In this document: positions 10,732-21,331 of the stretch, in pieces | Numbering within the stretch: the first letter of the stretch is position 1 | Layout of the letters: every line of letters begins with the position of its first letter | NCBI GenBank assembly: GCA_965214705.1 | Contig: CBDCCI010000001.1 | Location: 576,001-640,000 of the forward strand | From: Alphaproteobacteria bacterium | GTDB taxonomy: Bacteria > Pseudomonadota > Alphaproteobacteria > UBA828 | Length of the DNA: 64,000 nt | Direction: 5' to 3' | Notes under the pieces: generated by a model | Told to the model about the DNA's origin: nothing | The model's database searches: none | Seen by the model: only the letters and a program-made list of their open reading frames with translations | Translations under genes and position numbers: made by a program

Positions 10732-10990
10732 CGTCACTCTCCTCCTATCCTCAGTGGGGGAGGAGAGGCTTACATAATGTTGAGCGAATCCGGTCCTGCG
10801 GCTTGTTCCTGCAGGACCGGAGCGGCTCAGCTGCCCATAAAAACTCTCTCGACATAACTGATAGACGCGGGCTTCGTTCTCGCCCACCCGCCGGAACCCG
10901 ATGTCGCTGCTCATTGTGCTCTCCCCGTAGCGTGATGCCGGCGCGGAGAGGACTCTCTCTGCTCTCCATGCGGCTCGCCGCTCGCCCGCT

Positions 10991-11971
10991 TCACTCGGAC
11001 TCCCGGTCTGCGAGCGCGGCCGCCGTCCAGGCGGCAAGCGCGGCGGAGCCGAATGCAAGGAGATCCTCGTTGAAGTCGGCACCGCGAGGCACGATGACGG
11101 TGGCGGCGACGCGCGCGTATTCGCAGCGCCGGACGAGGCGCGCGGCAGCGCGCTCGCCTTCTTCATCGTTGTCCCTGGCGATGACGATGCGGGCGACGCC
11201 GGGCGGAGGCGCGAATGCGCCGAGGCTGCCGGCGGAGAGCGCTGCGGCGGCGACGGTGTCGGGGATGGCCGTGACGATGGACAGCACGGTCTCGATCCCC
11301 TCGCCGACGAGGAGCGAAGCTCCATCGTCGGGGTCGCCGAAACGGACGGCATGGCCGTGCACGTGCCCGAGCGCCTTGCGCGGGCGACTCACATTTGCCT
11401 TGGCGGGCCTGGTCGGGTGCAACCACGTTCGCAGCACGCCGCAGATGGCTTCGTCGGTGCCGGTGACGGCCGCGACCAGGGCCGGCAGGCGGCGCATGCC
11501 GCTATCGCCGCGGTAGAAGAGGCTGGGATGGAAGCGCAGGGCCGCGAAGTGGCAGCGCTCAATACCGCGCGTCTTGAGGTAGGCCTCGGCATGGGTGCCG
11601 TCGATGGCGCGGCAACGGCGCCACAGGCGCCGCGCCGCCTCGGTGGCGTCGTAGGCGTCGCCCGAGCCCGCGGCCGGCGCAGCCGGCCGCGCGAGGAAGG
11701 CGCGGGCCTCGTCGAGCGCCGCGCGCAGCGTCGGCGCGTTGATGCGGTGGCGGATGATGTCGAGCAGATCGCCATGCGCGCCCGTGGCTGCATCGGTGAA
11801 CTTCCCGGGCGCCCCCGGCGGCGCGAGACGGACGTAGAGAGATCGGCCGCGCCCGCCGTCGAGATCGCCCGCGACCCAGTACCGGCCCCGGCGGCGCCCG
11901 TAGGGCAGGTATCGGCGGCAGGCTTCTTCGGCGCGCTCGGCGAGTGCTGCGGCGACGGCAGCCGCGTTCAT
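10991..11971 (-). CDS. Plasmid/ICE-type toprim-domain primase-like protein
   Basis: GRYWVAGD N-domain, AEAYLKTRGI, VGEGIET, ARDNDEEG toprim motifs. Confidence 0.85.
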   Translation of the reverse strand: MNAAAVAAALAERAEEACRRYLPYGRRRGRYWVAGDLDGGRGRSLYVRLAPPGAPGKFTDAATGAHGDLLDIIRHRINAPTLRAALDEARAFLARPAAPAAGSGDAYDATEAARRLWRRCRAIDGTHAEAYLKTRGIERCHFAALRFHPSLFYRGDSGMRRLPALVAAVTGTDEAICGVLRTWLHPTRPAKANVSRPRKALGHVHGHAVRFGDPDDGASLLVGEGIETVLSIVTAIPDTVAAAALSAGSLGAFAPPPGVARIVIARDNDEEGERAAARLVRRCEYARVAATVIVPRGADFNEDLLAFGSAALAAWTAAALADRESE

Positions 11972-12173
11972 GGCGCACACTTCGGGCGGGGGCGGGAGCC
12001 GGCGAAGCCGGGACCGTCGGCGGTCATGGGGAGCATGAGAGACCTCGCTGGACGCAGCATGGGACACGGCCCGGTCCCGGCCTCGACCGGCCTCTCGCCG
12101 GCGCCGGGACGGCGGGCGGCGCGCGAAGCGCAGGCCCCGCCGTCCGGCCAGTGGCGGACTCGGATCGGGCTGC

Positions 12174-12213
12174 ACAAAGAAACCCGCCCCGCGCGGGAGG
12201 AACGCGGGGCGGG
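12174..12213 (-). terminator. Rho-independent terminator, originally just downstream of ssb
   Basis: CCCGCCCCGCG stem followed by TTTCTTT on the minus strand. Confidence 0.55.
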
Positions 12214-12452
12214 CTCTGGGGCGAGCGGGTATGGCGCGACAATCTGCATGAGATCCGCGCGGCTATCAGGATGAGATTCCTGGCGGCGACGGCGCGTTGA
12301 GGATTCCGCTGTGAGGCGGGGATTGCAAGCTCTTTTTGGATTTTGATTGTCGCGGCGCGACAGTTTCTTCGAGCAGCCAGATTGACGCGGAGAGGAGGCG
12401 GCCCGCGGGGGTCGATCTCTCGCGGGCCGCGAGTGGGGCAGTGGTGGCCGGC

Positions 12453-14902
<2,450 letters not shown>

Positions 14903-14965
14903 CTACGCCCTCCCTACATTCCTGGCCGCCGATCTCCCCCGTCTCATCCTGATTGACGCTGCTGT

Positions 14966-16876
14966 TTTGCGGTAGGAACGCCGGTTACCCAGCGCCCCCC
15001 GCACAGATCCCCGCAGGCCCGTTAGGGCACGAGGCTCCTACCTTGAGTGGTTGACGGCAAATCGCTGGTTTGGCCAAGGGTGGCGGATGCTCAGTGGCGG
15101 CCAAAAGGCCCGCGCCAGGGCGCCGACCTTGGCCAGCGTGAAGCGGTCCTTTTGGGATCGGCGCCGCAGCACGCGACGCCATAGCCGCACGAGCCGGAAC
15201 GTGAACTGCTTGAGGTACGGGAAGCTGGTTGGGACGGCATAGTATCGAAGCCATCCGTCCACGACCCTCCCAAGCCATTTTGCAACCTCGTACCGGTCAT
15301 GGTGCATCCTTCGGCGCAGTTCGGCCTTGATGCGCTTGAGGGTTCGGTTGACCCGGCTTCGCATCGGTTTCCGGCCCAGACCGGGACGTCCGGTCCTCGT
15401 GGTCCGGCAGTAATGCGTGAACCCGAGGAAGTCGAACGTTTCGGGACGCCGCTCGCCTCGCGCCCGCCGGCGTGCGATCGCCCGCTGGCCAAACTCGATG
15501 AGCCGCGTCTTGTCCGGGTGGAGGTCGAGCGAGAACAAAGCCAGCCTCGCCTTCAAGTCGCGCAGGAACCGTTCCGCGTCGCTCTTGTGCTCGAAACCGA
15601 CCACAAAATCATCGGCGTAACGCACGATGATCGTGTCGCCGCAGGCCGTCCGCGAACGCCATTTCTGGAACCACAGGTCGAGCACATAGTGGAGGTAGAC
15701 GTTCGCGAGAATCGGCGAAGCCACCGCCCCTTGCGGGGTGCCCACCAGCGTGTCTGACCATGCGCCCTCTTCGATGACGCCCGCGTTGAGCCACTTGGCG
15801 ATCAGCCGGAGTGCCCGCCGATCCCCGATGCGATGGCCCAAGAACCGGAGCGTCCAGTTCCTGTCCAGGTTATCGAAGAACCCACGGATGTCGGCGTCAA
15901 CGATCCAGTTGACCCGGCGTCGGTCGATCCCGTACGCCAGAGCATCGAGCGCGTCGTGCGCCCCACGCCCCGGACGGAACCCATAGCTGAACCCGAGGAA
16001 GGCCGGCTCGTAAATTGGCGTCAGGATAATCTCCGTCACCGCCTTCTGGACGATCTTGTCCTCTAGCGCGGCGACGCCGAGCGGTCGTGTCCCGCCGTCT
16101 GGCTTGGGTATCTCTACCCACCGGACCGGCGGCGCCCGATACGCTCCGGTCTGTACGCGACGGTGAAGGTCGAGCAGCCGCTCTTCCAGCCCCTCCGCGT
16201 ACTGAGCCCATGTCATGCCGTCTACCCCCGCTGCGGCGTCCCGCTTCAGCGCGTGGAAGGCCCAGCGCAGCGCGTCCGGCGTGACATGATGCAAGAGCGC
16301 CGTCAGCTTCTCCCGCGGCTTCCTCGTTGCAGTTTGCCGTATCCGCTCGGCGGCCTGGGACACGCTTTCCCGGCTCTGCGTCCGGCGCGTGCTTTCGCGT
16401 CGCGGATTCCTCTCGGTTCCGGCCCTTCGCTTCATCGGCTCCGCCGGACCTCGCGGCCCCTTGTTCGCCGACTTCATCGCTACTATGGCCGAATCAGATT
16501 GCTTCGACTCGTACATCTTCGATTCGGATATCCTCCTTTCTTCCGCGGCCCCGGTACGACCACCGGGGCAAGTCGAAGCCCTCCCGAGTCCCGGCACAGG
16601 GGTGTACGTGCGTCCATGGATTCCTCAGACAACGCGGAGCCCCGCAGTGCCTCACCAGAGCGGTCCTGCGGGTGTCGCCTTCGGCCGATGAGAAAACCTC
16701 GGCACTCCGGACCATAACATTTTCGATGCTCAATCATCCCGGCCACACGCGCCGCTACCGACGCTTCGACCGCACCCTCACGGATGCCGCCGCACGGCTC
16801 GCGGTGGAAGTAGTGGTTAGCCTTTCCTTCCCGTCGGACTCTCACCGACTCCCCTGCGCCAGTTAGCTCGGCGCTC
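14966..16876 (-). mobile_element. Group II intron (class E-like), about 1.9 kb
   Basis: 5' end GAGCG, domain V GAGCC...GATC with AGC triad, domain VI hairpin after the RT stop. Removal restores the IS21 repeat spacing. Confidence 0.85.
15038..16516 (-). CDS. ltrA: Group II intron reverse transcriptase/maturase, no endonuclease domain
   Basis: AAGVDG, IPKPDG..RPLG, SYGFRPGR, DADI..FFD, GTPQG, RYADD, FDFLGF. Confidence 0.95.
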   Translation of the reverse strand: MYESKQSDSAIVAMKSANKGPRGPAEPMKRRAGTERNPRRESTRRTQSRESVSQAAERIRQTATRKPREKLTALLHHVTPDALRWAFHALKRDAAAGVDGMTWAQYAEGLEERLLDLHRRVQTGAYRAPPVRWVEIPKPDGGTRPLGVAALEDKIVQKAVTEIILTPIYEPAFLGFSYGFRPGRGAHDALDALAYGIDRRRVNWIVDADIRGFFDNLDRNWTLRFLGHRIGDRRALRLIAKWLNAGVIEEGAWSDTLVGTPQGAVASPILANVYLHYVLDLWFQKWRSRTACGDTIIVRYADDFVVGFEHKSDAERFLRDLKARLALFSLDLHPDKTRLIEFGQRAIARRRARGERRPETFDFLGFTHYCRTTRTGRPGLGRKPMRSRVNRTLKRIKAELRRRMHHDRYEVAKWLGRVVDGWLRYYAVPTSFPYLKQFTFRLVRLWRRVLRRRSQKDRFTLAKVGALARAFWPPLSIRHPWPNQRFAVNHSR

Positions 16877-16935
16877 CTCATCTTGTTTGTCGCGCCGCAA
16901 GCGGGCGGGGAAGGCCCGCTGCGGGGAGGTCAGCC

Positions 16936-17385
16936 CTAGAACGGCACGCTGTCTGCCCCTGCTGTAGCCGGATCGCCGGCCGGCGCAGCCTCTCCATCGG
17001 ACGCCGCAGCGCCGCTGCCATTGGCGCCGGCGGGGCGATCCAAGAACTGGATCCGCGAGCCAGGGACGAGCAGGATCTCGGTGGAGAACCGATCCGAGTC
17101 CTCGCCGTCCTTGCGCCAGCGCCGGGTCTGCATCTTGCCCGCGACGTACACCAGGCGACCCTTCTTCGCGTGCTTGTCGAGCATGTCGATCAAGCCGTTC
17201 TGGAAGGTCACGACCCGATGCCACTCGGTCTTGTCGATCCGCTCGCCGGTACCGGCCTTGTCGATGAACGACTCGTCGGTGGCGATACTCAGGTTGGCCA
17301 CGCGCCCGCCGCTCTGCAGGTGGTTGACGGTAACATCGGCGCCCAGGCGGCCAATGACTTCTGCCCTGTTCAATCCGAAAGCCAT
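16936..17385 (-). CDS. ssb: Single-stranded DNA-binding protein
   Basis: LNRAEVIGRLGAD, KTEWHRV, G.LVYV.GK.QTR.W, C-terminal DSVPF. Confidence 0.95.
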   Translation of the reverse strand: MAFGLNRAEVIGRLGADVTVNHLQSGGRVANLSIATDESFIDKAGTGERIDKTEWHRVVTFQNGLIDMLDKHAKKGRLVYVAGKMQTRRWRKDGEDSDRFSTEILLVPGSRIQFLDRPAGANGSGAAASDGEAAPAGDPATAGADSVPF

Positions 17386-17629
17386 GGTCTTGTCTCCTGT
17401 CGATTCGAGTTGATGACGAAGGTTGAGGAGCGGGCTGGAGTCTCTTCTCGACCCCGCCCTGCTCACCTTCTCCAAGCTCCACACCTCCTCTCGTCTGCTG
17501 CCTGCTCCGAGGCCCGCCGGGTTCACGAGGCCTCGCGGACCGCACGGCCGGTGACTGCCGTGGCGCTGGTTCGGGATAGGGGACGTCAAGAGCGGGCTCA
17601 CCTTCGGAACGCCCACGGCGGGTCCGCAC

Positions 17630-18442
17630 TCATGAGGGAGACAGCACCATGAGCGGCACGTTGGAGAGGACTTCGACCTGGTCGGGGCGCAGGCGGGCGA
17701 AGGCGATGCAGGCGGCGGCCTCGGATTCGGTCTCGAAGACGCCCAGCTCCCCGCCCGTCTCCAGTTCGACCACGGTGATCTGCGGTGGCCAGAGCACCGC
17801 CAGGTGTCGCTCGGGCGCGCGGGAGTTGGAACGATATGCGCAGCGCTCACAGCGGGCCGTGCCACCGGTGCGGAGGCCACAATCCACACACGCGCTCTGC
17901 GCGCGCCTCGCGGCGTAGCGTTTCTTGGCGGCGGCGCTGGCTCGCTCGGGACAGACGCGCTCCTTCTCCAGCGCGAGGCACCGGCCGCAGCGCGACAGGC
18001 CTCCGACCGTGGGCTGCCTGCAGCGTACGCATCGGCCAGCAGCCTGCCGTGCGGCATAACGCCGGCGGTCGAGAGCACGTCTGGCCTCGCGGCACGGCTC
18101 GCAGACGGTGCGATCCTCCTCCGGCCGGCGGCGGCCGCACGATGTGCAAAGTCCCGCCGCCTGACGCGCCTGGCGGCGGCGCCTGTCGCCGGCGCGGTCG
18201 GCACGGCGGCACTGCTCCGGATCGCGGCCGCCATATTGGTTGCCCTCGGCGCGGGCCTTCGCCCGGCGGGCGCGCTCGGCGGCGCGGCGCTTCTCGGCAC
18301 AGCCGAGGCAGAGCTTGAGGCCGGGCTCCGGCGGGGCCTTGCCGCAACGCGGGCAGCGGCCGCGCGCGAGTCGCTCGGCACGGAGCTGCTGCTGGCGGCT
18401 CTGGCAGTGGGCTCGATGTGCGACAGATTCCTCCACCGGCAT
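17630..18442 (-). CDS. Arg-rich protein with four tandem CxxC-x(9-11)-CxxC zinc-finger-like repeats
   Basis: RGRCPRCG..CLGC, AGLCTSCG..CEPC, AGRCVRC..CGRC, SACVDCG..CERC. Confidence 0.75.
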   Translation of the reverse strand: MPVEESVAHRAHCQSRQQQLRAERLARGRCPRCGKAPPEPGLKLCLGCAEKRRAAERARRAKARAEGNQYGGRDPEQCRRADRAGDRRRRQARQAAGLCTSCGRRRPEEDRTVCEPCREARRALDRRRYAARQAAGRCVRCRQPTVGGLSRCGRCLALEKERVCPERASAAAKKRYAARRAQSACVDCGLRTGGTARCERCAYRSNSRAPERHLAVLWPPQITVVELETGGELGVFETESEAAACIAFARLRPDQVEVLSNVPLMVLSPS

Positions 18443-18457
18443 GACCGGCGCTCTCGG

Positions 18458-18781
18458 TCAGCGCGCGTAGCGGGCTGCGACCAAGCCCGTCGCCTGCCAT
18501 CCATAGAGTTGCATCCCGGAGCCTTCGAGCTTCACCCCCGTGCAGACGATGATCTCATTGGGCGCGGGCCGCATCTTCCTGACGGCGGCCAGGCTCGCGA
18601 TCGTGCGCCGTTGCTTGCGTCTGCCCTTCGTCCCGGGCTGCTCCGCCTGGACGGGTTCGATCTGCCCGTTCGGATGGGAGCGGTACTTCTCGACCACGTA
18701 GCGCTCGTCGTCGAGACCTCTGCCGAACAGGTGCACCAGAAAGGTCTGCGCGTCGCGATGGAATATCCGGCCGGTCCGCAT
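18458..18781 (-). CDS. Hypothetical protein
   Basis: RBS (GGGGAG) before MRTGRIFHRD, co-oriented with the Zn-finger gene and ssb. Confidence 0.55.
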   Translation of the reverse strand: MRTGRIFHRDAQTFLVHLFGRGLDDERYVVEKYRSHPNGQIEPVQAEQPGTKGRRKQRRTIASLAAVRKMRPAPNEIIVCTGVKLEGSGMQLYGWQATGLVAARYAR

Positions 18782-19403
18782 GATGCCGTCTCCCCCGGTG
18801 GTAGTTGCCGACGGCGGGGGCACGCTCCGCAGCGCCGCCCCCGCCGCCCGCGTCACGGCCGACCTCTCGCTCATGGCGGCGCACGGCGCGGGCGCGATGA
18901 GGGACGGCTGCTGGTGACCGTCTGGACCCGCGTGTCGGTGATCGTCAGGAGAACACGCTTAGTCGATCAATAAGCCCAGCAGGGCGATGAGTCGCCCGCC
19001 GCCGGTTGGGCGATTGGAGACATTCCTCGGCTGTGGGTGAACGGCTCGGCGCAGCGACCGCCTCCGAGCCTTGGGGGCGGCAGAACGACGGACGGCGAGC
19101 CGGTCGCGGCGCTGGCGCAGGCGACGCTGTCGGATGTGGGAGGCTTTTTCTGCGCGGTGGCCGTGTGCCGGCCGCCGGAGGCATCCAGAGGGCCGCTGGA
19201 GCGCCTGGCGCCGCCTTTCGCCGATTTCGGCACGACGTGGCCCCGAAGGAGCGCGCGCCGTCCTGGGCTCGCTGGCAGCGTCGCGGGTCCTGAATGCACG
19301 AGGGCTCGCGTGCGCGGTGAACGATGACGCACTGGCTTTCGCCGGAGATTCGAGGAGGGGGCGTACCTGGCCTTCACACGCTACGCTGGAAAAAACCGAG
19401 CCT

Positions 19404-19814
19404 CTAATGCTCCTTCGCCCGTCGTTCCAGGTAGCTGAGGGCGGCGCGGGCGATCAGTCCTGAGCGTGTCTCGCCCTCCCGTGAGGCGGCTTCGTCAATG
19501 ATCGCAAGTACACGCGAGGGCACAGTAATGTTGATTCGCTTGGCCTTGCTGTCCATCTTGGAGAGATCGACCGCGACAATCGCAAAAATGCCGTCGGCGA
19601 AATGCTCGTCGGCTTGATGCACTTCAAGCGGCGCCCTCTCCGGAATCGCCGCGCTCTGCATGAGCAGGCCCTCAATGTGGAACACGATCGCCTCGTGAGC
19701 ACGGTCGATCGCCCCTTCAAGTGTCTCGCCGGCGGAGAAGCAGCCAGGAAGATCCGGTACCGTCACGCCATAGCTGCTGTCCTCATCCTTGTGGATGACA
19801 ATCGGAAATCTCAT
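19404..19814 (-). CDS. hicB: HicB antitoxin
   Basis: YGVTVPDLPGCFSAGET N-domain and RINITVP RHH C-domain. Confidence 0.93.
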   Translation of the reverse strand: MRFPIVIHKDEDSSYGVTVPDLPGCFSAGETLEGAIDRAHEAIVFHIEGLLMQSAAIPERAPLEVHQADEHFADGIFAIVAVDLSKMDSKAKRINITVPSRVLAIIDEAASREGETRSGLIARAALSYLERRAKEH

Positions 19815-20008
19815 TTCCGTTCCCTCCAGTTCCAGCCGGCCTGCCGGTAGATGCTTCGTGCCGTCCCGATCGGTAGGTCTTTTCTCGGATGAGGCACGGT
19901 AACTAGACCGGCTCGTTCGGGGTGGATGAACTGGTGGTGGCTGCCGCGAATTCGATGGGCCACCCAGCCGTCCCGCTTCAGCCTCCTGACGATGTCGGCG
20001 CTATCCAT
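19811..20008 (-). CDS. hicA: HicA toxin
   Basis: GW..RIRGSHHQF.HP..G.VTVPHPRKDLPIGT..SI..QAG. Confidence 0.95.
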   Translation of the reverse strand: MDSADIVRRLKRDGWVAHRIRGSHHQFIHPERAGLVTVPHPRKDLPIGTARSIYRQAGWNWRERK

Positions 20009-20149
20009 CGATGAGTACTATACACACGAGAATGCCGGTAATCACGGAAGTCTGGGACTGAGGACTGGGATCCTCCGTCCGGAATCCTGTCGTGGCGGTG
20101 TTCGACGCTGGCGTCGGCGCTTTCCGTTCTTCGCGGTGCCGGTCACCGG

Positions 20150-20518
20150 GAGTTGCGCCGCGTGTTCCATACGTGGTTCAGTCTGCTGGCCGGGCCTGGC
20201 GCCGGCGGCGCCGCAATCGAGGGGGTCGAGGAGATGGAGCGACTTGAGGAGGCGGGCGAGCTGAGAACGGCGGTTCAGGACCGTGTGCGCGCATGGCGTG
20301 AGGCAGACCGCGAGCAGGGCCGCGCGGAAGGCGTCGAGCAGGAGCGGTCGCTGCTGCGTCGCCTGACCGAGCGGAAGTTCGGTGCCGACACCGCCGGGGC
20401 CTTCGCGGCCCTGCTGGCCGGGATCGAGGATCCGGAACGTCTGGCGGATTTCGGCGAGTTGATCATCGACTGCGCTTCGGGCGACGAGCTCATCGCGCGG
20501 CTGGAGAGTTCGGCTTAG
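20150..20518 (+). CDS. Orphan C-terminal Rpn fragment (RpnS-like; probable start 20234)
   Basis: Clearly homologous to the 3' part of the Rpn gene (about 24875-25264); purine-rich SD-like sequence before MERLEEAG. Confidence 0.7.
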   Translation, partial: ELRRVFHTWFSLLAGPGAGGAAIEGVEEMERLEEAGELRTAVQDRVRAWREADREQGRAEGVEQERSLLRRLTERKFGADTAGAFAALLAGIEDPERLADFGELIIDCASGDELIARLESSA

Positions 20519-21331
20519 GCCGGATCGTCCGCCCCCGCGGGACGGTGCCGGGAGCTGCGCCGCTTCGACGGAAATTGGCGCGCCTGACCCGAGCCGTCCG
20601 GCCCGCACCAAGGCGCCGTTCTCCCTCCGCGTCCATTCCCTGTGGGCGATCACAATTGACCATGACGAGTGTCGGACGTCCGCCGGCTTGCGATCGAAGG
20701 CACTGAAGGGCGGCCCCGCCAGGGACCGCCACCGCCGACGTGATTCGGCCCGACGGCCGTGTCGAGCATCGCCGCCCGGCGGGCTGGTTTGATTCCGGAA
20801 TCGGGGGTGCCGTCGGCGAGCTCGCGCGGCGTTTCGGCCCGAGTCGCTACGGGTCGCTTCGCGGAGCTACGCTGGAGTTGGAATTCACTCGCTTCCGCAG
20901 TGATTACGGCGGGGGATTCCTGGGGCTGTCAGAGAGGGCTGAATCGAGAGATAAGAGACTGTATCGATTGAGAGAACCGAGGGTGTAGCTTCTGTCCTAC
21001 GCCCAGGCTCTCCTCTGCTTGAAGAGGCCTCAGCCCGAGGCCTCGCTCGTTTCAACTTGTCCGACCGCCAACGTACCTGACGACTCGGGTCGTGTCCATG
21101 GCCGATGAATCCCACCACACTAGCGCCTGCTTGTCCACATCAGAGTTGCGGCCAGACAGGCCATCGCGGCGACGAACCAAGGAACGATCCCTGACCATCC
21201 TGGGACTTCCGCCCCCTCTGCGCTGCAGCCTCCCCGCACATCCTTGCGGCATCCTCCGTGCCGCACAACGTGCCAAGGCCGAATTCTCGCCACATTTCTG
21301 CGACCATTGCAAGCCCGAAATTCGACCGGCC

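Larger units (their letters stand above)
2852..10860 (-). mobile_element. RIT element (recombinases in trio) with 85-bp terminal inverted repeats
   Basis: Three overlapping tyrosine recombinase genes. 2852-2936 is the reverse complement of 10776-10860. Confidence 0.9.
42..10914 (-). pseudogene. Small 75-aa hypothetical gene split by the palindrome + IS91-like + RIT composite (pieces 10864-10914 and 42-218)
   Basis: Joining across the CTGATA direct repeat (213-218 / 10858-10863) restores an ORF with an RBS: MSSDIGFRRVGENEARV-YQDGDYVGDVYRQDD...DTHPML*. Confidence 0.75.

Noticed and set aside
9166-11352. 728-aa ORF as a single giant recombinase
   Set aside because: It reads through the RIT IR from outside the element; the RBS-supported start is near 10731.
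15038-16516. RT as a retron, DGR or defence RT
   Set aside because: It has the maturase layout and is enclosed by recognisable group II intron domains V/VI and a 5' end.
18960-19400. Possible Ash-like or regulatory RNA leader upstream of the Zn-finger/ssb operon
   Set aside because: Only a vague resemblance; no structure or motif I can support.
20520-21331. Short ORFs around the ISAs1 insertion site (also 23545-24200)
   Set aside because: Rejoining across the TSD gave no convincing reading frame.
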